Shown: piece after piece, positions 1-12,458 of the stretch
Numbering within the stretch: the first letter of the stretch is position 1
Layout of the letters: every line of letters begins with the position of its first letter
NCBI GenBank assembly: GCA_977862235.1
Contig: OZ374557.1
Coordinates: 2,976,001 to 3,040,000 of the forward strand
Direction of reading: 5' to 3'
Length of the DNA stretch: 64,000 nucleotides
DNA from: Dudresnaya verticillata
Taxonomy: Eukaryota
Notes under the pieces: model-generated
Database searches by the model: none
What the model was told of the DNA's origin: nothing
What the model saw: the letters and a program-made list of their open reading frames with translations, nothing else
Program-made: the position numbers and the translations under genes

Positions 1-2350
1 AAGTTGCAGTGGGTACAAGAGGCCTTGCTAGTGTGTCCAACAACATCTGTAGACTTGGCGGCCGCCGAGAAGTCTGCAATGAACCCGACCGGGTCAAGGA
101 AGATCCTGACATGCTCCCCGCTTGGGCTCTTCGCTTTGAAACCTTCAGTACATCCCTTCACGAGGTCTGGTACGATGTCCCTCAGAACCTCATTTGTGCT
201 CACGCCGGGCGTCGTCAGTCCCGAAAGCCGCACAGCTGATCTCTTCGCACGGTTTCGCGGTTAAAGACCGAGTGGGAGAAGGTAGCACCCACCCGCAGAG
301 CCTTGCGGGAGCAAAGAAGTACAGGGTTGAAAGTCATCACAGTACAACAAAAGGCGATATACGACATAGCTCTCTCCAGAATGAAGGACCCCCATATTTC
401 TCGGCCGAGAAAGGAAGTCCATGGGCATGTTTTCTTCATCAATGGCATTTCGGAGTGCTCGCTCCCTTCCATCTCGACACACGCCAAGGTGAAAGTCCTT
501 AACTGTTGTCCTTTCCTTCAGGACTTGAAATGGCGACCCCTCCCCGCAAATATCAACGCCTGAACTCCAACTGTTGTCCACATCTATCCATATTAAGAGC
601 TGCGAAGGCTCCCCATCCCGATATCGCCAGGACCTGCTGACCAGCATACAGGCCACGAAGCCTTCTCGGCGTCGCTCAGGAATACTGAAAAGCGATCAAA
701 AGTCCCCTGGAAGCACGGCCGTGCTTTGCAAGTCTGTAGTCGTTGTCTGGTTAGCGTTCGCGATTTCGTTACAGCCTCCGTAGATACAATCAACTTTCGC
801 ACCAGCGCTTAACAGGTTGATGATGTACTTCTCAACACCTTTTGCCTCCTCAACTGCTCGCTTTGAACGTTCCGTCGGGCAGGTTCTGGAAGCGACACAC
901 CAGCAGGCAGCAATTTGTCCAGTCACGATAACACCCGGGGCCCCGGTGTAGTTTGCTCTCAAGGCACAGGAACGTGCTGAACGCGGATGTGTTACAACAT
1001 GCCTCGCAACTCGCTTAATATGAACATCCACTGTTATTCCTGTGGTCACTCTAACGATGTTCTCCCCTTTTGAAACGAACTACATCTCAGAAGCGTTTAA
1101 ACCATTTGGGTGGTGCCTCACAGCTCTTGTTATCTCGATGGATTCGAGGTCAGCAGGACTCTGGGCGTAGCTGCAGTCAGACTCCGGGGCCCGGGGGTTG
1201 CCGGTGTTGAAGTTAGGAAACAAGTTTTTAATACAAGGTAAGTTGCCACATCCATCTTGGCCCACTCCAAGGGTATTATAATCTTGCCAGGAGCAAATCG
1301 TCGTGCCCTCTCGTCTGCTTCAAGGTTTGCAGCGTGTTCAGGAGGTCAGGGAGCGGCCGCTCTCACTCTCTTATTCCGCCCTCTCATGTGTCCACACTCT
1401 TCTTCAACGGCAGTGAAAGAGATCCCCCTTCCCCTCTTCTTCAGATCTTGCTTCGTAACAGCAATGGAAACATTGTAACTCGCAACGAAGCAATGTTTGA
1501 TTGCGAACGGGAATATCGTTCGTTGGATGGTAGAATACACAGGTAGCGAGGCCTCGCGACTTTGAAGTCGCTCCAGCCAGTTGCCCAGCCTCTGCAAAGT
1601 TTCATACTGACGCACAGTCATTCGGACGCTTCCACAAACACAAACGAGAGCGAACAGCTCCTCCTATTTCAGCAGAGTTCTTCTTTTGTGCAGAAACGTC
1701 ACGAGATCCAGCGGAGAAAATGGCGCCCGTACCGCAGAACCAACGGAAGTCCGGCCGGACGCGTCCATCCTGTTGCGCGAATCGAAGTAAGCGAAGGGCT
1801 GCGGCCCTTCGATTTTTGCAACAGGGTCACATAACCTATCTTGCTCCCACCTCCTCACAGATTCACCATTTGTCAGGTCGATGATCTCATCGAAAGAATC
1901 AAGCAACTCGGGGGCACATCATCTTCATCGAAATCTGGACTTTCTTGCCCGGCTCCAGGAAGGGGCCCCTTACAGGAGCCTCGCGGGAGCACCTCGTCTC
2001 GAAAAAATGCGTTTCTTTTGCTGCGGGGCCCTTGTATGACTATGCCGAAGTCGTCATCACCCCTTTCTCCCGCCATGTGGTTCCCGGGAGGATCCGAAGC
2101 TCGAAGAGGTCTATGCTGTACCGCAGTGGAGAATGGTCCTTCGCCTGGGCCCAGGGGTTCCTGGTAAGGACTCACGAACGCGGTGTCTTGCGCGCATGCG
2201 GAGTCTTCATTTGCAATCTCAACGGTAGGAGACTCTGGTTCGAAGCCGGGTAAACGGCTCGGGCTGGGACCGGCTGGTCCTTCATCAATTGCAATTGCCG
2301 ATGCGTCGTAGGATCTCTCGAACTGGAATAGGTGGGTTAGATTGGCACGC
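1..2350 (-). pseudogene. CACTA/EnSpm (Tnp2/Transposase_21- or Plavaka-like) DDE transposase, broken by stops and frameshifts
   Basis: Reading through the stop at 261-263 gives YRLLLYCDDFQP..QGSAGGCYLLPLGL*PRNRAKRSAVRLSGLTTPGVSTNEVLRDIVPDLVKGCTEG..VRIFLDPVGFIADFSAAAKSTDVVGHTSKASCTHCN. This matches the first Asp (DxFQP), the LP..R motif, the second Asp (D.PAA-like) and GH..CxxC of CACTA-type transposases. Upstream fragments 696-1049, 1346-1621, 1664-1906 and 1873-2427 are co-oriented. Confidence 0.8.
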
Positions 2351-5300
2351 ATTCCCACAGAGTCGACCCAAGAATGTTGATGAGTTCTGCGACGCCCATA
2401 TTGTGCTTTCCAATGCGGCTGATCCATTAACGAAACTCAATCGAACACCGCGACGCGGCCGCGCGTGGGGATGGCGACCAAAAAGGATACTTATTCTCCA
2501 GGACGTACCCTGGAGCGCGTCCAGGTTTCGAGCAGCACGGCAGAAAGCAAAGCTCGGGCCCTGGGGATGATGTGAAGACGGTGAATCACGGAGAGCGTTC
2601 TGGGTTGCAAGCCTGCCAGCACTAGCGCGCTGCACTCTCAGGACGAAGCGTTAATGGCGATACCGGATGATGAGGTGAAGACTGTTCACCATGGAGTGCG
2701 TTCCGTGTGCGAGAAGAGCGTCGCGACGCGGAAATCTGTAGTAGCGTAGCAGATTGTCTGGTGCCAAAACTGCGGCCGCAGTAAAACAAGCTCAACCGCC
2801 TGTTTGAAATCCAAAGACTTGCATTTGGGCAGTCCGGTACTGGAAACTGCGCATAGTTTGCCCTATTGCGGGCCTCATTCGGCCTTTTCAGCTCTTTGGA
2901 GCCAATGGCGTTTTTCACCTGCGTACAGCCTTGCCTTATGTGTGCCATAGGACAAGAGGGTAGATGTGATTGGTCGTGCCGGTACGCCTGCAGGCAGGCC
3001 TGCCTGGTGCACAGCGGCGCATGCCGCCTCAGGGCTCTGTTGTGAGCCGCATTGCCGCCCGTTTGTTCCAAAAAAATTACCGGAAAAAGGGAAACTGGGC
3101 CTGACCGGGCCTGGAGCCTGCAGGCAGGGCCCAAGATCTCTCATACCAGACCAGTTCGATTATTTGGTACGGCATTGAGCCGGCGCAATCGCCCGCGGCC
3201 GCGGGCGACACGAGTGGCGATTTGCGGTCGCCATCAGGGCCCTGCAAAATACGTTATATTAGAGCAAAATGAGTCCCACCGCTCCCTTTCTCTCGCAACC
3301 ACAATGGACTACACCCTCCCATCTACAGGGTTTCCCGATGGGTACTGAAAGCGCCAAAGTGACCATGAGCACGTCGTCTACGAACGGCAGCACGGCCGAG
3401 CCCGCGGCCTCACCTGCACCCGCACCCACGCCCGCTCCCACGTCTGCACCGGTGCCTTCGCCCGCTCCCGCGCCCGCTCCCATGCCTGTGCCCGCGCCTG
3501 CGCCCGCGCGCACCGCTCCGGTCGAGGATGTGGAGAAGAACCGGCCAGTTCCCGAACGCTCGACCTCTGCGCCAAGCTCGGCTCCCGCGGCGCCAACACC
3601 TGGAGCGATGCGCTCGGCGACGCGCAAACACCCGGGAAAAGCCGGAGTTACGGACAAGACCGGGAAGAGACCGTTGGGTTCGAAGACGAGGGCGGCGTCC
3701 GCCGCTACCAAGTCTGCCACTAGGGCTCTGGACAAGAATAAGGTTTACAAGAGGTCCTCGATATCGAAGCCTACCCGTTCAAAGCCGAAGACTAGATCTT
3801 GAGGTTCTGCCCCCGCTGTTACGGCACCTCCCAAGCAGGGCCCTGCTACCGGTGTTCGGAGTCAAGCCGCGCCGACCGAAGCAGACGCAGACAAGCCGGC
3901 GGCCTCGAAGAGTACGGTGGTCAAGAAGAAGAACCCAACCCCCAAACGCTCTTTGTCTACTGGCGAGGATGCGGCCGCGGCCTCTGCTGAAGGCAATCAG
4001 ACAGCACGTAGAGAATATATGATAAGCCAGGAACGCTATTGCAGATGCAGGCAACGCCTGTCCGTACCTGACTTTCGCCGAGTCGATGCGCGTTATTCAA
4101 CGCACTCCAGGAGAAATGCGAATGGAATGGTCACGCGCAATGGATGGTCCCCATGGGCATGGTGCAGCCGCGCATGGTGCTCAGGTTGCTGTTGTTCCAA
4201 CCTTCAATTCCGCGTGGGCGAAACTGTCACGCATGCAGACGCGTGGAGGACGGGGAGGCGCTCCTCCCGAATGGAGAGACAATCTTGATGCGACGGCGTT
4301 TGATAAGCGCCGGTTGAGCGCAAGGCATTCGTGGAGTGCTGAAGTGCTCCACGTCATTTCGTTCACACATTCTGTCAAGCGGGAGATCACCGGCATGAAA
4401 GCAGACGCGAAGCGGTATCTGAACCTCTACGAGCAGGATCAGCAATCAGCGAATGATGCATGGTCTCTCATGACTGCCGAGAGACGATGGTATGGACTTC
4501 CGAAAACGATGCAGGTCGACAGAACATTCGCTCGGGGTGAGATGGAGTGTTACTATAATGATGAGATGGACGTGTCCTTGCACGAGCTGCTGCTGCGCTG
4601 TGCTAAAGACCACCCTCTGTTCAGTGACCCCATTCTAGGCCGTTGGTGTAATTTATTCAGGTACAGACCCGAGTTTGTCTATGAAACTTGGGACCGAGAA
4701 TCCTGTAGTCTGCTCGTGCCTTTTGACGCGTATGAGACAAAGTGCTATGTGCACGCTACACACTTCAGGAGATGAGGAAGGTTTTCCCGGCGACGCCTGT
4801 GTGGTTGGCCAACCTCAAGGTACCAACAACTTTTCCAGTCCCCCTCCCCCCTTTTGTGTGGTACTATCGCCAGGAAACGGTTGACGGCAGTAACATGGAT
4901 AGATGTGAGCGCTTGAAAGAGATCCTCAAGGTTGCGTTTCTTGGTCTCCTGGCCGCTACCTGGCATAATGAGGCGATTCCCGGCGGCCGCGCGTTCATCT
5001 TGGAAAGGGAAACCACCCACACGATCAAGCAGGTTGTGGGAGATGTTGAGACTGTTAGCATGAATGGGAAGGGTTTTCCATGCAGCAGAATTGGCTGTGA
5101 TGTTGTCATTTCTCGGATGTTAGCTGCAAATTCGATGGAAGTGTTGAAGCGGAACGAGTTGATGTTACCGTTCGGAGGTCTGACACGGAGCGTCTTTGTT
5201 AACAGTGTTATCGGAACTGGCAACATTGTTGGGAACCCCCCGGCCGGGAGGAAGGTCGTGCTTGACTCGAAGTGCCATCATATCAAGCTCAGCGTGCGTC

Positions 5301-5721
5301 ACGTCCGTCGGCAGGAAATCCACGCCTCCACCCCGCTCCAACTGCGCATCGGCCTCAGAGACTTGGCCGAGATTCCAGGCCTGGAAACATACATAAGGCT
5401 ACAGGGTTGGATACAGCATGACTTCATTACTGTTGAGAGGCTGGCGAGAAGCTTTTCGAGACAGTAACGCACACGAAGCCGAACCTGAATGAGGTTATGT
5501 TTTCCATGGAAGCGCTGCGTGCGGAGATAGATGACTTAGCACAGTTCGTTGGGAGAGTGGGTGATGGAGGGCCCTTCTGCCGGCCTGCTGCAAGGCCTCC
5601 TGCTCCGAGCCCGGGGTATCGCGACCCGTGTGCCCCACGTGAGCCTGCTCAAGGTGGGCGTAATGCGTTCATGCACCCTCGACATGTCCATGATGAGGGT
5701 CGTGACCGTCGCACCTATGAA

Positions 5722-5853
5722 GGGTACGACAGTGGCAAATATCAAGGGCCCGACCGTGGCAACTACCAAGGGCATTCCCTCGTGCACGACCGTGGCAACT
5801 ATTGTGGGTACGACCGCGACAACTATAACGGATACGACCGCGGGAACTACCAA
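5722..5853 (+). repeat. Degenerate 24-bp coding tandem repeat (about 5 units, GYDRGNYQ-like)
   Basis: Units such as gggtacgacagtggcaaatatcaa / gggcccgaccgtggcaactaccaa / gggtacgaccgcgacaactataac / ggatacgaccgcgggaactaccaa. Confidence 0.8.
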
Positions 5854-6089
5854 GTCAATAACGCTGGCAGGTTTCGTGGCGGCCCTTACGATCATACGAC
5901 CGATGGAAACCGAGGCCCGGGCCTCCTATGCATAGCTATGATACCACACGGGGTGGCAGCGGCCGCCGCGAGTACGAAGTGCCGTACAATAACGGCCATA
6001 ACGCGGACCGCTCAGGATACGCATATTATCGTGATGACCGTTACACGGAAGTTGAACGTGCGTATAAGCTGGGTATCGACTGCGAGCGA

Positions 6090-6147
6090 CACCCCAGAGG
6101 CGAGGCTCACCCGAGAGGCGATGCTCACCCGAGAGGCGAGGCTCACC
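6090..6147 (+). repeat. 18-bp tandem repeat x3 (HPRGEA-like)
   Basis: caccccagaggcgaggct cacccgagaggcgatgct cacccgagaggcgaggct cacc. Confidence 0.85.
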
Positions 6148-6309
6148 CTTACATGCCGTTCCTACCGCGAGGCTGCGATAGAGGAGCTGGTCCGAGTCGC
6201 AACCCGGGCCCGGGCCGCTGCTGATTGCCCTTCAGTTTTCATCTACCTTTGAAAAGCTTTACATGTAAATAATGACCTGCTAGCGAGCTGCTAGCTCCTT
6301 TTTAACACG

Positions 6310-7140
6310 TTCCTTGGTTGCAACCAGGCTGTTGCCTATTGTTAAGCAGTTGCTTTCTGCTTGTTGCACACATTGCTTGGTTACAACCAGGCTATAGCCT
6401 GGGCTAAAGCAGTTGCTTGCTAGCAGCTGCTTTCATTTTGTGCACGACGGCATAATGAAGGAGTGGGCCCACTTTTTATCTCTGCCTGCGAGGAGCTGTT
6501 TAACACATATGCAGACATGTTTCCCTGGTTCTTATTGACAGCTATACGTGCAGGTACAACATGTTGTGCTCCGCGCGCATTCAGTTTCATAGCAGCTACC
6601 GCAGATGATAGTCACGCCTACGCCTGGAGGCTATGGAATAATCTAAAGCAGCTGTTGCCTCAAAGAAGTCAGCAGCTATAGCTGCTTTCTGCTTTCATAT
6701 TTGCACTCTCGCTGCATTATTGCATTACAATTAAAACTTAAGTTAGAGGATCAATCGTTCAATAGCGTTTCCCATCTGAAGCCTCTCGCGTGGGACCACG
6801 CGGTTTCGGGAGTCAACCATGGTACTTCAGTTCCCATCCAGCCTAGGCTTCGAAATGATACCTGAAATACTTCTATCGTTATCAACTGAAGCAATTGCTA
6901 GCCAACAGTAGCTAGTTTCTGTCTAACACATTGCTTGGTTGGTTACAACCAGGTGTAGCAGGCAATAGCCTAGGCTAAAGCAGCTGCTTCGGAGCTAGCT
7001 CCTTGCTGCTTTCATTTTTTGCACGACGGCATGCATTGTGAAATGGAGTGGGCCCACTTTTGAGAGCTCAGTAGTGATTACTACCTGGCGGCGAGGAGCT
7101 TTTTACCGCATGTCCTCACGTTTCATTAACAGATACAACT
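6310..7140. repeat. Degenerate noncoding direct repeat (about 6370-6530 vs 6925-7130) between convergent cargo genes
   Basis: Shared blocks in the same order: cacattgcttggtt..acaaccagg, atagcct.ggctaaagcag, ttcatttt.tgcacgacggcat, ggagtgggcccactttt, gcgaggagct. Confidence 0.65.
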
Positions 7141-7317
7141 AACTGTTTTGCACGTTGTACAACAGTAGGCCAAGAATACTTAGGCCTAGGCTGTACGAGT
7201 TCACTTCTTTAAAGATGAACACTTGTTCTTCTATACCTCCATGATGCCATTCGTTTCGCTTGCAACAATTTCTCCGGAGAGGCCTCTCCCAGATACATCA
7301 CCGGTGTCACATGCTTC

Positions 7318-8600
7318 TCAGCCGTCTACAGGATCTGCATTGTTGAGAATCTCGTATTCCTTCTCAGTCATTCGCAACGCTCGGCTGGTCAAAACTCTTT
7401 TCATATTAGATTTTCCTGCAACTAATGTGTTCAGTGCCAATGCTCCGACCTTAATTCCTTTCGTCGCTATTCCGCGGCCGCGGAAACGCCCCCTCCCGTC
7501 AAAATGAACTGCGTCAAACGTTTTTACAAAAAGGCGCAGAACATGAGCGATGGACATCGCTGTGTGCAGTGCTTTTTCATGTGCCCCAAGGAAACTTTCA
7601 GGAGAGATTCCTTAGATTTGGTTCGGGTAAACGCTATACAGAACTTCATTGCCACCTCAACTAAGTTGAAAAGTCTCTTAAGCGGTTTCTCCTCGCCACC
7701 CTGCCTCTTCCGTGATTTCCTATCGGAGCTCCGGCGGCCGCCGGCAGCGCATGGAAGCACGAAGACCTCATGACACACGCTTACCATCATATCAACCCCA
7801 TCTTTCAGTATCCCATTGTACAACTTTGTGTTGGCGACATCAATATCAATAGATCGCTTTAGGTTCCGCGTTGTTTCCGGGATTTCTTCAAGGTTCAAGT
7901 CGTCCTCAGACAGAGATGTGCCAGCACTTGCTTCTGTTGTCGACCACCGCACCCGCACAGTGGTCGGCTCCACACCTGAACAGTTCAACTGGGCCCAGTT
8001 GACCATAAGGTACATCAGGTCTTCTGCCGAAGCGTTCTTCGCCTTCTGCCTGCTTTCGCGGAGCCAATCTGTAACAATCTTATATATCTTCGAGGCACCG
8101 GAGTATGCAACATCTTGACTTGTCGGTATATCATTCACGACACTTGTCTTAGCGCGTTCTTTCACCTCTCGTTCTGCTCCTAAGTGTGCCGTTGGACGGC
8201 CGTCCACATCGCTCGTCTTCGTGCTTGGTATCTCGCATAACATTCGGGCATTCTTAATATGCTCCTCACCAATGATCTTCGGTTTGAGCCAGTCGGGGTG
8301 GTCTATAGTGTCATCAGCTACTCCGTTTCCAGGGGGTATGCCCTGTATACCTCACGGCTGCGAAGCGGGCGCCTCCTCGGCTTTGGTTATCGAGGGGTGA
8401 CTTTGACCGGCCGGCCGGCACCAGGCCCTCCAGGAAAATCGATCCCAGGTAGAGGCTTGAACTGACCGAAGCGGTTCTGCTGAACGTTTTATACTGCATT
8501 CGTTACTACCAAGTACCGGAACGCACTAAAGCTTCTCCCGATGCCTTCCTTGAACGTCTTCTTGGCTTGATCAACTTGTTTCGCAAATAGGATGGAACAA
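7318..8600 (-). pseudogene. Hypothetical cargo protein, disrupted
   Basis: ORF 7524-8243 (239 aa) with co-oriented continuation 7318-7557 and an upstream broken frame (..PDWLKPKIIGEEHIKNARMLCE..). No recognisable domain. Confidence 0.45.
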
Positions 8601-8811
8601 ACAGCGTCGGCCGACGCCTTCAAGTATCATCATTGTTTGAAACAGCACTTGAGACACAGTAAGAAACGCAACTACTGAGCACTTTGCACACCACTGTTTG
8701 GTTGAATACCAAGTTCGCATGAGGTGTGACGTTATCGCGTTTGGCGTCACAAAATGGCCCGAGCTGTCTTCTTAGAGCCACCTACCGCCCACGATCCAGG
8801 CCCGGACCCCC

Positions 8812-10032
8812 TCAGTTGTGCCGCAGACCGGATTCTTGCACATCTCTTCGAACCTCGGCCATGATATTGTCCAGCTCGGAAAACGTTTTTACGACGAAAT
8901 CTTGAATTGTATCCACATGACGCTTGATGCTTCTATCAATCTGCTCAATGAGGTTAGTCACGGCTGTGTATCTCATAACCAGAGACTGAGTGGACATCCG
9001 TGCCTGGCCAGGCTTAATCATATTCGGTGCAGTCCCAAACATGGATCGGTATCTGATATACAAATGAGTGTCTTCCCCGCTATCAAGAGGTAATCATTTC
9101 GAGCCCGGGGCCGGGTACCTCGGATCCACACCTTCTCTTCGGCCAATCTCTTCATCATCACCCACACCGTCACTTATGTGTGTTCGGGGCACAGACCGTG
9201 GAACCTTTAGAGCTATCTTTCTCCTTTTACCACGGGAAATATCCGGGCCCCGGGTGAGCGGTACTCTGCAGCACTACCTCGTTTATCTTCGTTCTCTCCT
9301 CCAGCTTGAGTGGCTCTCCGCCTCGTTGGAGGTGACTCCGGAGATGGTATGGGATCATACATATCATCACCCAGTCGTGGATGCGTCTCTGGAATAGCAT
9401 GAAGAAGCGGCCGCTTACTTCCCTTAGGGCTATGATCAGCACTATGCTCTCTTCCATGTCTATCACTTCTTGGAGTGATGATGTCAGATCCCGGTGTGTT
9501 CTATCCCGTTGAAGGCGTTTCCAGTTCCTGTGATTTTGAGGCCCGGTCGGAATTCTTCCTCTTTCCCGCAGTGTCAGCAAGTTCGCGAGGAGGTCCAACC
9601 AAGCCGTTTCCCTTCGAAGACCCCTTCCAATGTCTGGGAGCTTTGGAGGAACTGGCTTGCAATTCCCGCCGTCTCTCGGAAGTCTTCCTCCCGGTGACGC
9701 GCATATTGTCTTCAATAACTCGAGATGTTTTGAGTAGAAGACAGGAACGACCGGTCCCAGTAGGTTAACCTCGAGGACCTGATGTACGTCCATGGATGTT
9801 GAGCACACTCAACAAGACAGTCCAGGTGCACTTTGTGCAGCGAGGGAAAATATTGCTGCAATCCATGAAATTTGAGTAATGTGAAGCATGTCTTTGATCG
9901 TGCCTGAAACAGCGTGCACATTCGGGCGTATACGCGTATTCGGAGCTCGGCCGAGCATGATGGCAATGATTGCTTCCTCACAAGTCCCTTCAGAGCTCTG
10001 AAGCCAACTTTTCCCTCTCCAGAATGAGTCAA
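8812..10032 (-). pseudogene. Hypothetical cargo protein, disrupted
   Basis: Chain of minus-strand ORFs 9712-10032, 9227-9808 and 8812-9063. Confidence 0.35.
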
Positions 10033-10058
10033 TTGTTATTACAATTGCGGTTGGTATT

Positions 10059-11617
10059 ATGAGGCGCGCCTGCAGAGAACGGAATGCACTACCGCTGGCG
10101 ACCGAATGGGTGAAAATCGCCTGGGAGATGGACAATGGGGATGAGCTGTGGTGGGATGCTCAGGTACTCGGTGTTGATGAAATTGATGAAGGAGATGTGA
10201 TCGCGGTCGCGACAATAGAGTATGCCACAAACGCCCAATACGGCTATATGCCACCCGTTGGAAAAGTCGAGTTACTAGCTGGTAGGCTTCTTCGGGTCTG
10301 GGAGGAAGATCCGGAAACAAACGACAACCTGTTGCTGTCGTGGAGGAAAAGGACGGGCCCGTCTGATGGGTTTACGCGAAGAGATCGTAACCGTGGCAGA
10401 GAAGATCAGACAGACGTGTACACGGAACAGGCAATACCGGTGACTGGTCCCGAATCTGTTCAACATACTAAGACAATTGGAGAGCTGGAAAAGCTTCGCG
10501 ACAGGTATTACAGTTTGAAAACAGAGGTTGAAGTGCTCAAGAATCGTGTACAAAGCAACTCGGCACGGATCGAACTCAGTATTAATCCAGGCCTGGATGA
10601 GAGTTGTCAGCGAGTCCTGTGCTATCTTCGGTTTCGTCTTACCCTTGCGCTGCAGAAAACGTCGAGTCGTAGAAAGAGAAAAGGGACGATGCGAACAACA
10701 TATAGAACAAGATCTTCGGCATAGAGAAGGAGGCGTTCTTCAAGAGGTCCTGGCGCGGCCGCGTCGGGTCCCTCGCAAGAATCATGTGCACCTCAAACGC
10801 CTCGTAACAAGCCGCTGGGCCGGCCGGGCCCAGATTCACACGGAACGCCAGTCTCAGAACGAACTACACTTGGTTTGTTGACGCCAGGAAGGGTAATTTG
10901 GGAGGGGTGTGAGACAATGGACGATGTCGAACTTCAAAACAATACCGCGCAGAAATACATCAAGGCTTCAGCGGACTGTGATGTGGGGCATTTCGCGGTC
11001 CTGGCCAGGACCTGGCGTGCCAAGTACGCACATGATAATAGATCTGTCGGTATGGCCTTTTCCCTCCTTTCAGTTGTCTCAATGCCCATCGCTGTCCGGA
11101 GATGATATTTCTGTGTCCTTCAGTAGTTTTGGTATGCTTTGTGATATCTTCGGAAGCCGATCGCCTTCAAATGTTGACAAGGGACGTGGCCACGTCCCGT
11201 GGAAGAGTCCTCAGAGTTCTTGGAACATACGAGTAAACCGTAGATAACGAAGCATACCCTGCGCACTGTTCGTTGCGAAGAGCTGCGGCCGCGGCATGAG
11301 ACGCCCTAGGCACAAAGAGAGTGATGAAGGTGATGCCTGCAATGTGCTAATGAGAGGTTCCAGGGAGTGGTCTTCAGAGGATAGAAGATTCTTCCATTCT
11401 TTGCGAGTCTCGAAACGCGTCCCATCAGATGTCGAAGACCCCAATCGGGAAGATAACGATAGCGGCCGCTGTCCTGGGACACGTCGTATCCCGCGGGGGT
11501 TCCACATATCGTGGAGTCGCGCACAAGCCGTTAGGGCACGTGCATGGTCGGCCGAACTTTCACGGGCCTCGCAACGATTGGTGGCAGTGTGATAGCAGTC
11601 CCCTCCTTTTATTGTGA
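10059..11617 (+). pseudogene. Hypothetical cargo protein with possible Tudor/SH3-like N-terminal barrel and coiled coil, disrupted
   Basis: ORF 10059-10724 WVKIAWEMDNGDELWWDAQVLGVDE..ATIEY, then a heptad-like LEKLRDRYYSLKTEVEVLKNRV. Co-oriented fragments continue to about 11617. Confidence 0.45.
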
Positions 11618-12445
11618 AGGGGACGCGCTTTGTGACGAGCTCAATGCTTTTCTCGACGATGATAAGCTTAAGAAGTGGATTGGCTAGTGGTCAGACGGAG
11701 TACTCGCAAATGTTTAATCGTCCGGACGTCCACTTACGCGTCAGGCCTGACGCATAAGAATTAGTGAAGCAAAGAACGGAAAGTAAAGGAAAACAAACAG
11801 CAGCGGGTATGGTATGGCGCCACACACACAGCATGCGAATGTGCCGCGAATGTGCGCAATGTGCACTAAACGCGGTCGCGCTAGAAGCATGCGTCGCCTA
11901 CGAAACGCACAACAGAAAAGGAAACACCAAAAGCGTGCTTTGTAAGGAAATGTAGAGTGGGAAGATGCGGTCGCATCATCATTCCTGGAACATGTCGTTC
12001 CATTATTGCCGAGTAAAGCGCGAGCCTATGCGATGCGCTACAGCATTAATGAGATGTTTTTAGAACGTCATTTGGGGAGATGCCGCAGCACCGCAAAACG
12101 TAGGTTGTAAGCGGCAGGACAAAGAAAATGAAGCATTAGTCCCTTGAACCAGATTCATTACGATTCGCAAAACAACTCGCAATTTTCATGACCCAGGCCT
12201 GGGCAATTTGAAATATTGCGAAAACAAATCAAAACATGAACGATAATGCTCCAAACCGTCAGAAACAAGAGATCAAAACGCGCTGGGGAAATGAAACATA
12301 AATCAACGGCGCGAGGCTGTGGCACAAGGATATTCATGCTGCAAATCTGGGATTTTAATGATGCGCATCCGTCGGGCCCGGCGCAAAATCTGACGCAAGA
12401 AAAATAATGGATATTACCATGGAAATTATCGAATCATTTTAAAAT

Positions 12446-12458
12446 CGCCTTCGTAGTG
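12446..12458 (-). repeat. Candidate CACTA terminal inverted repeat (CACTACGAAGGCG on minus strand)
   Basis: + strand cgccttcgtagtg, at a sharp compositional boundary. Confidence 0.55.

Larger units (their letters stand above)
3269..6252 (+). pseudogene. Frameshifted cargo gene(s): Pro/Ala/Lys-rich N-terminus, Trp-rich uncharacterised domain, GYDRGNY-repeat C-terminus
   Basis: Overlapping + ORFs 3269-3802, 4086-4775, 4742-5467, 5497-6252 and 5928-6224 form a colinear chain with protein-like composition. No known domain recognised. Confidence 0.5.
1..12458 (-). mobile_element. Probable large CACTA/EnSpm-like DNA transposon, running off the left edge of the window
   Basis: Transposase remnant at the left end. 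Minus-strand terminus CACTACGAAGGCG at 12458, preceded on + by ~800 bp of AT-richer noncoding DNA and followed by an abrupt switch to unrelated coding-like sequence. The partner TIR and TSD are outside the window, so the extent is inferred. Confidence 0.55.
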
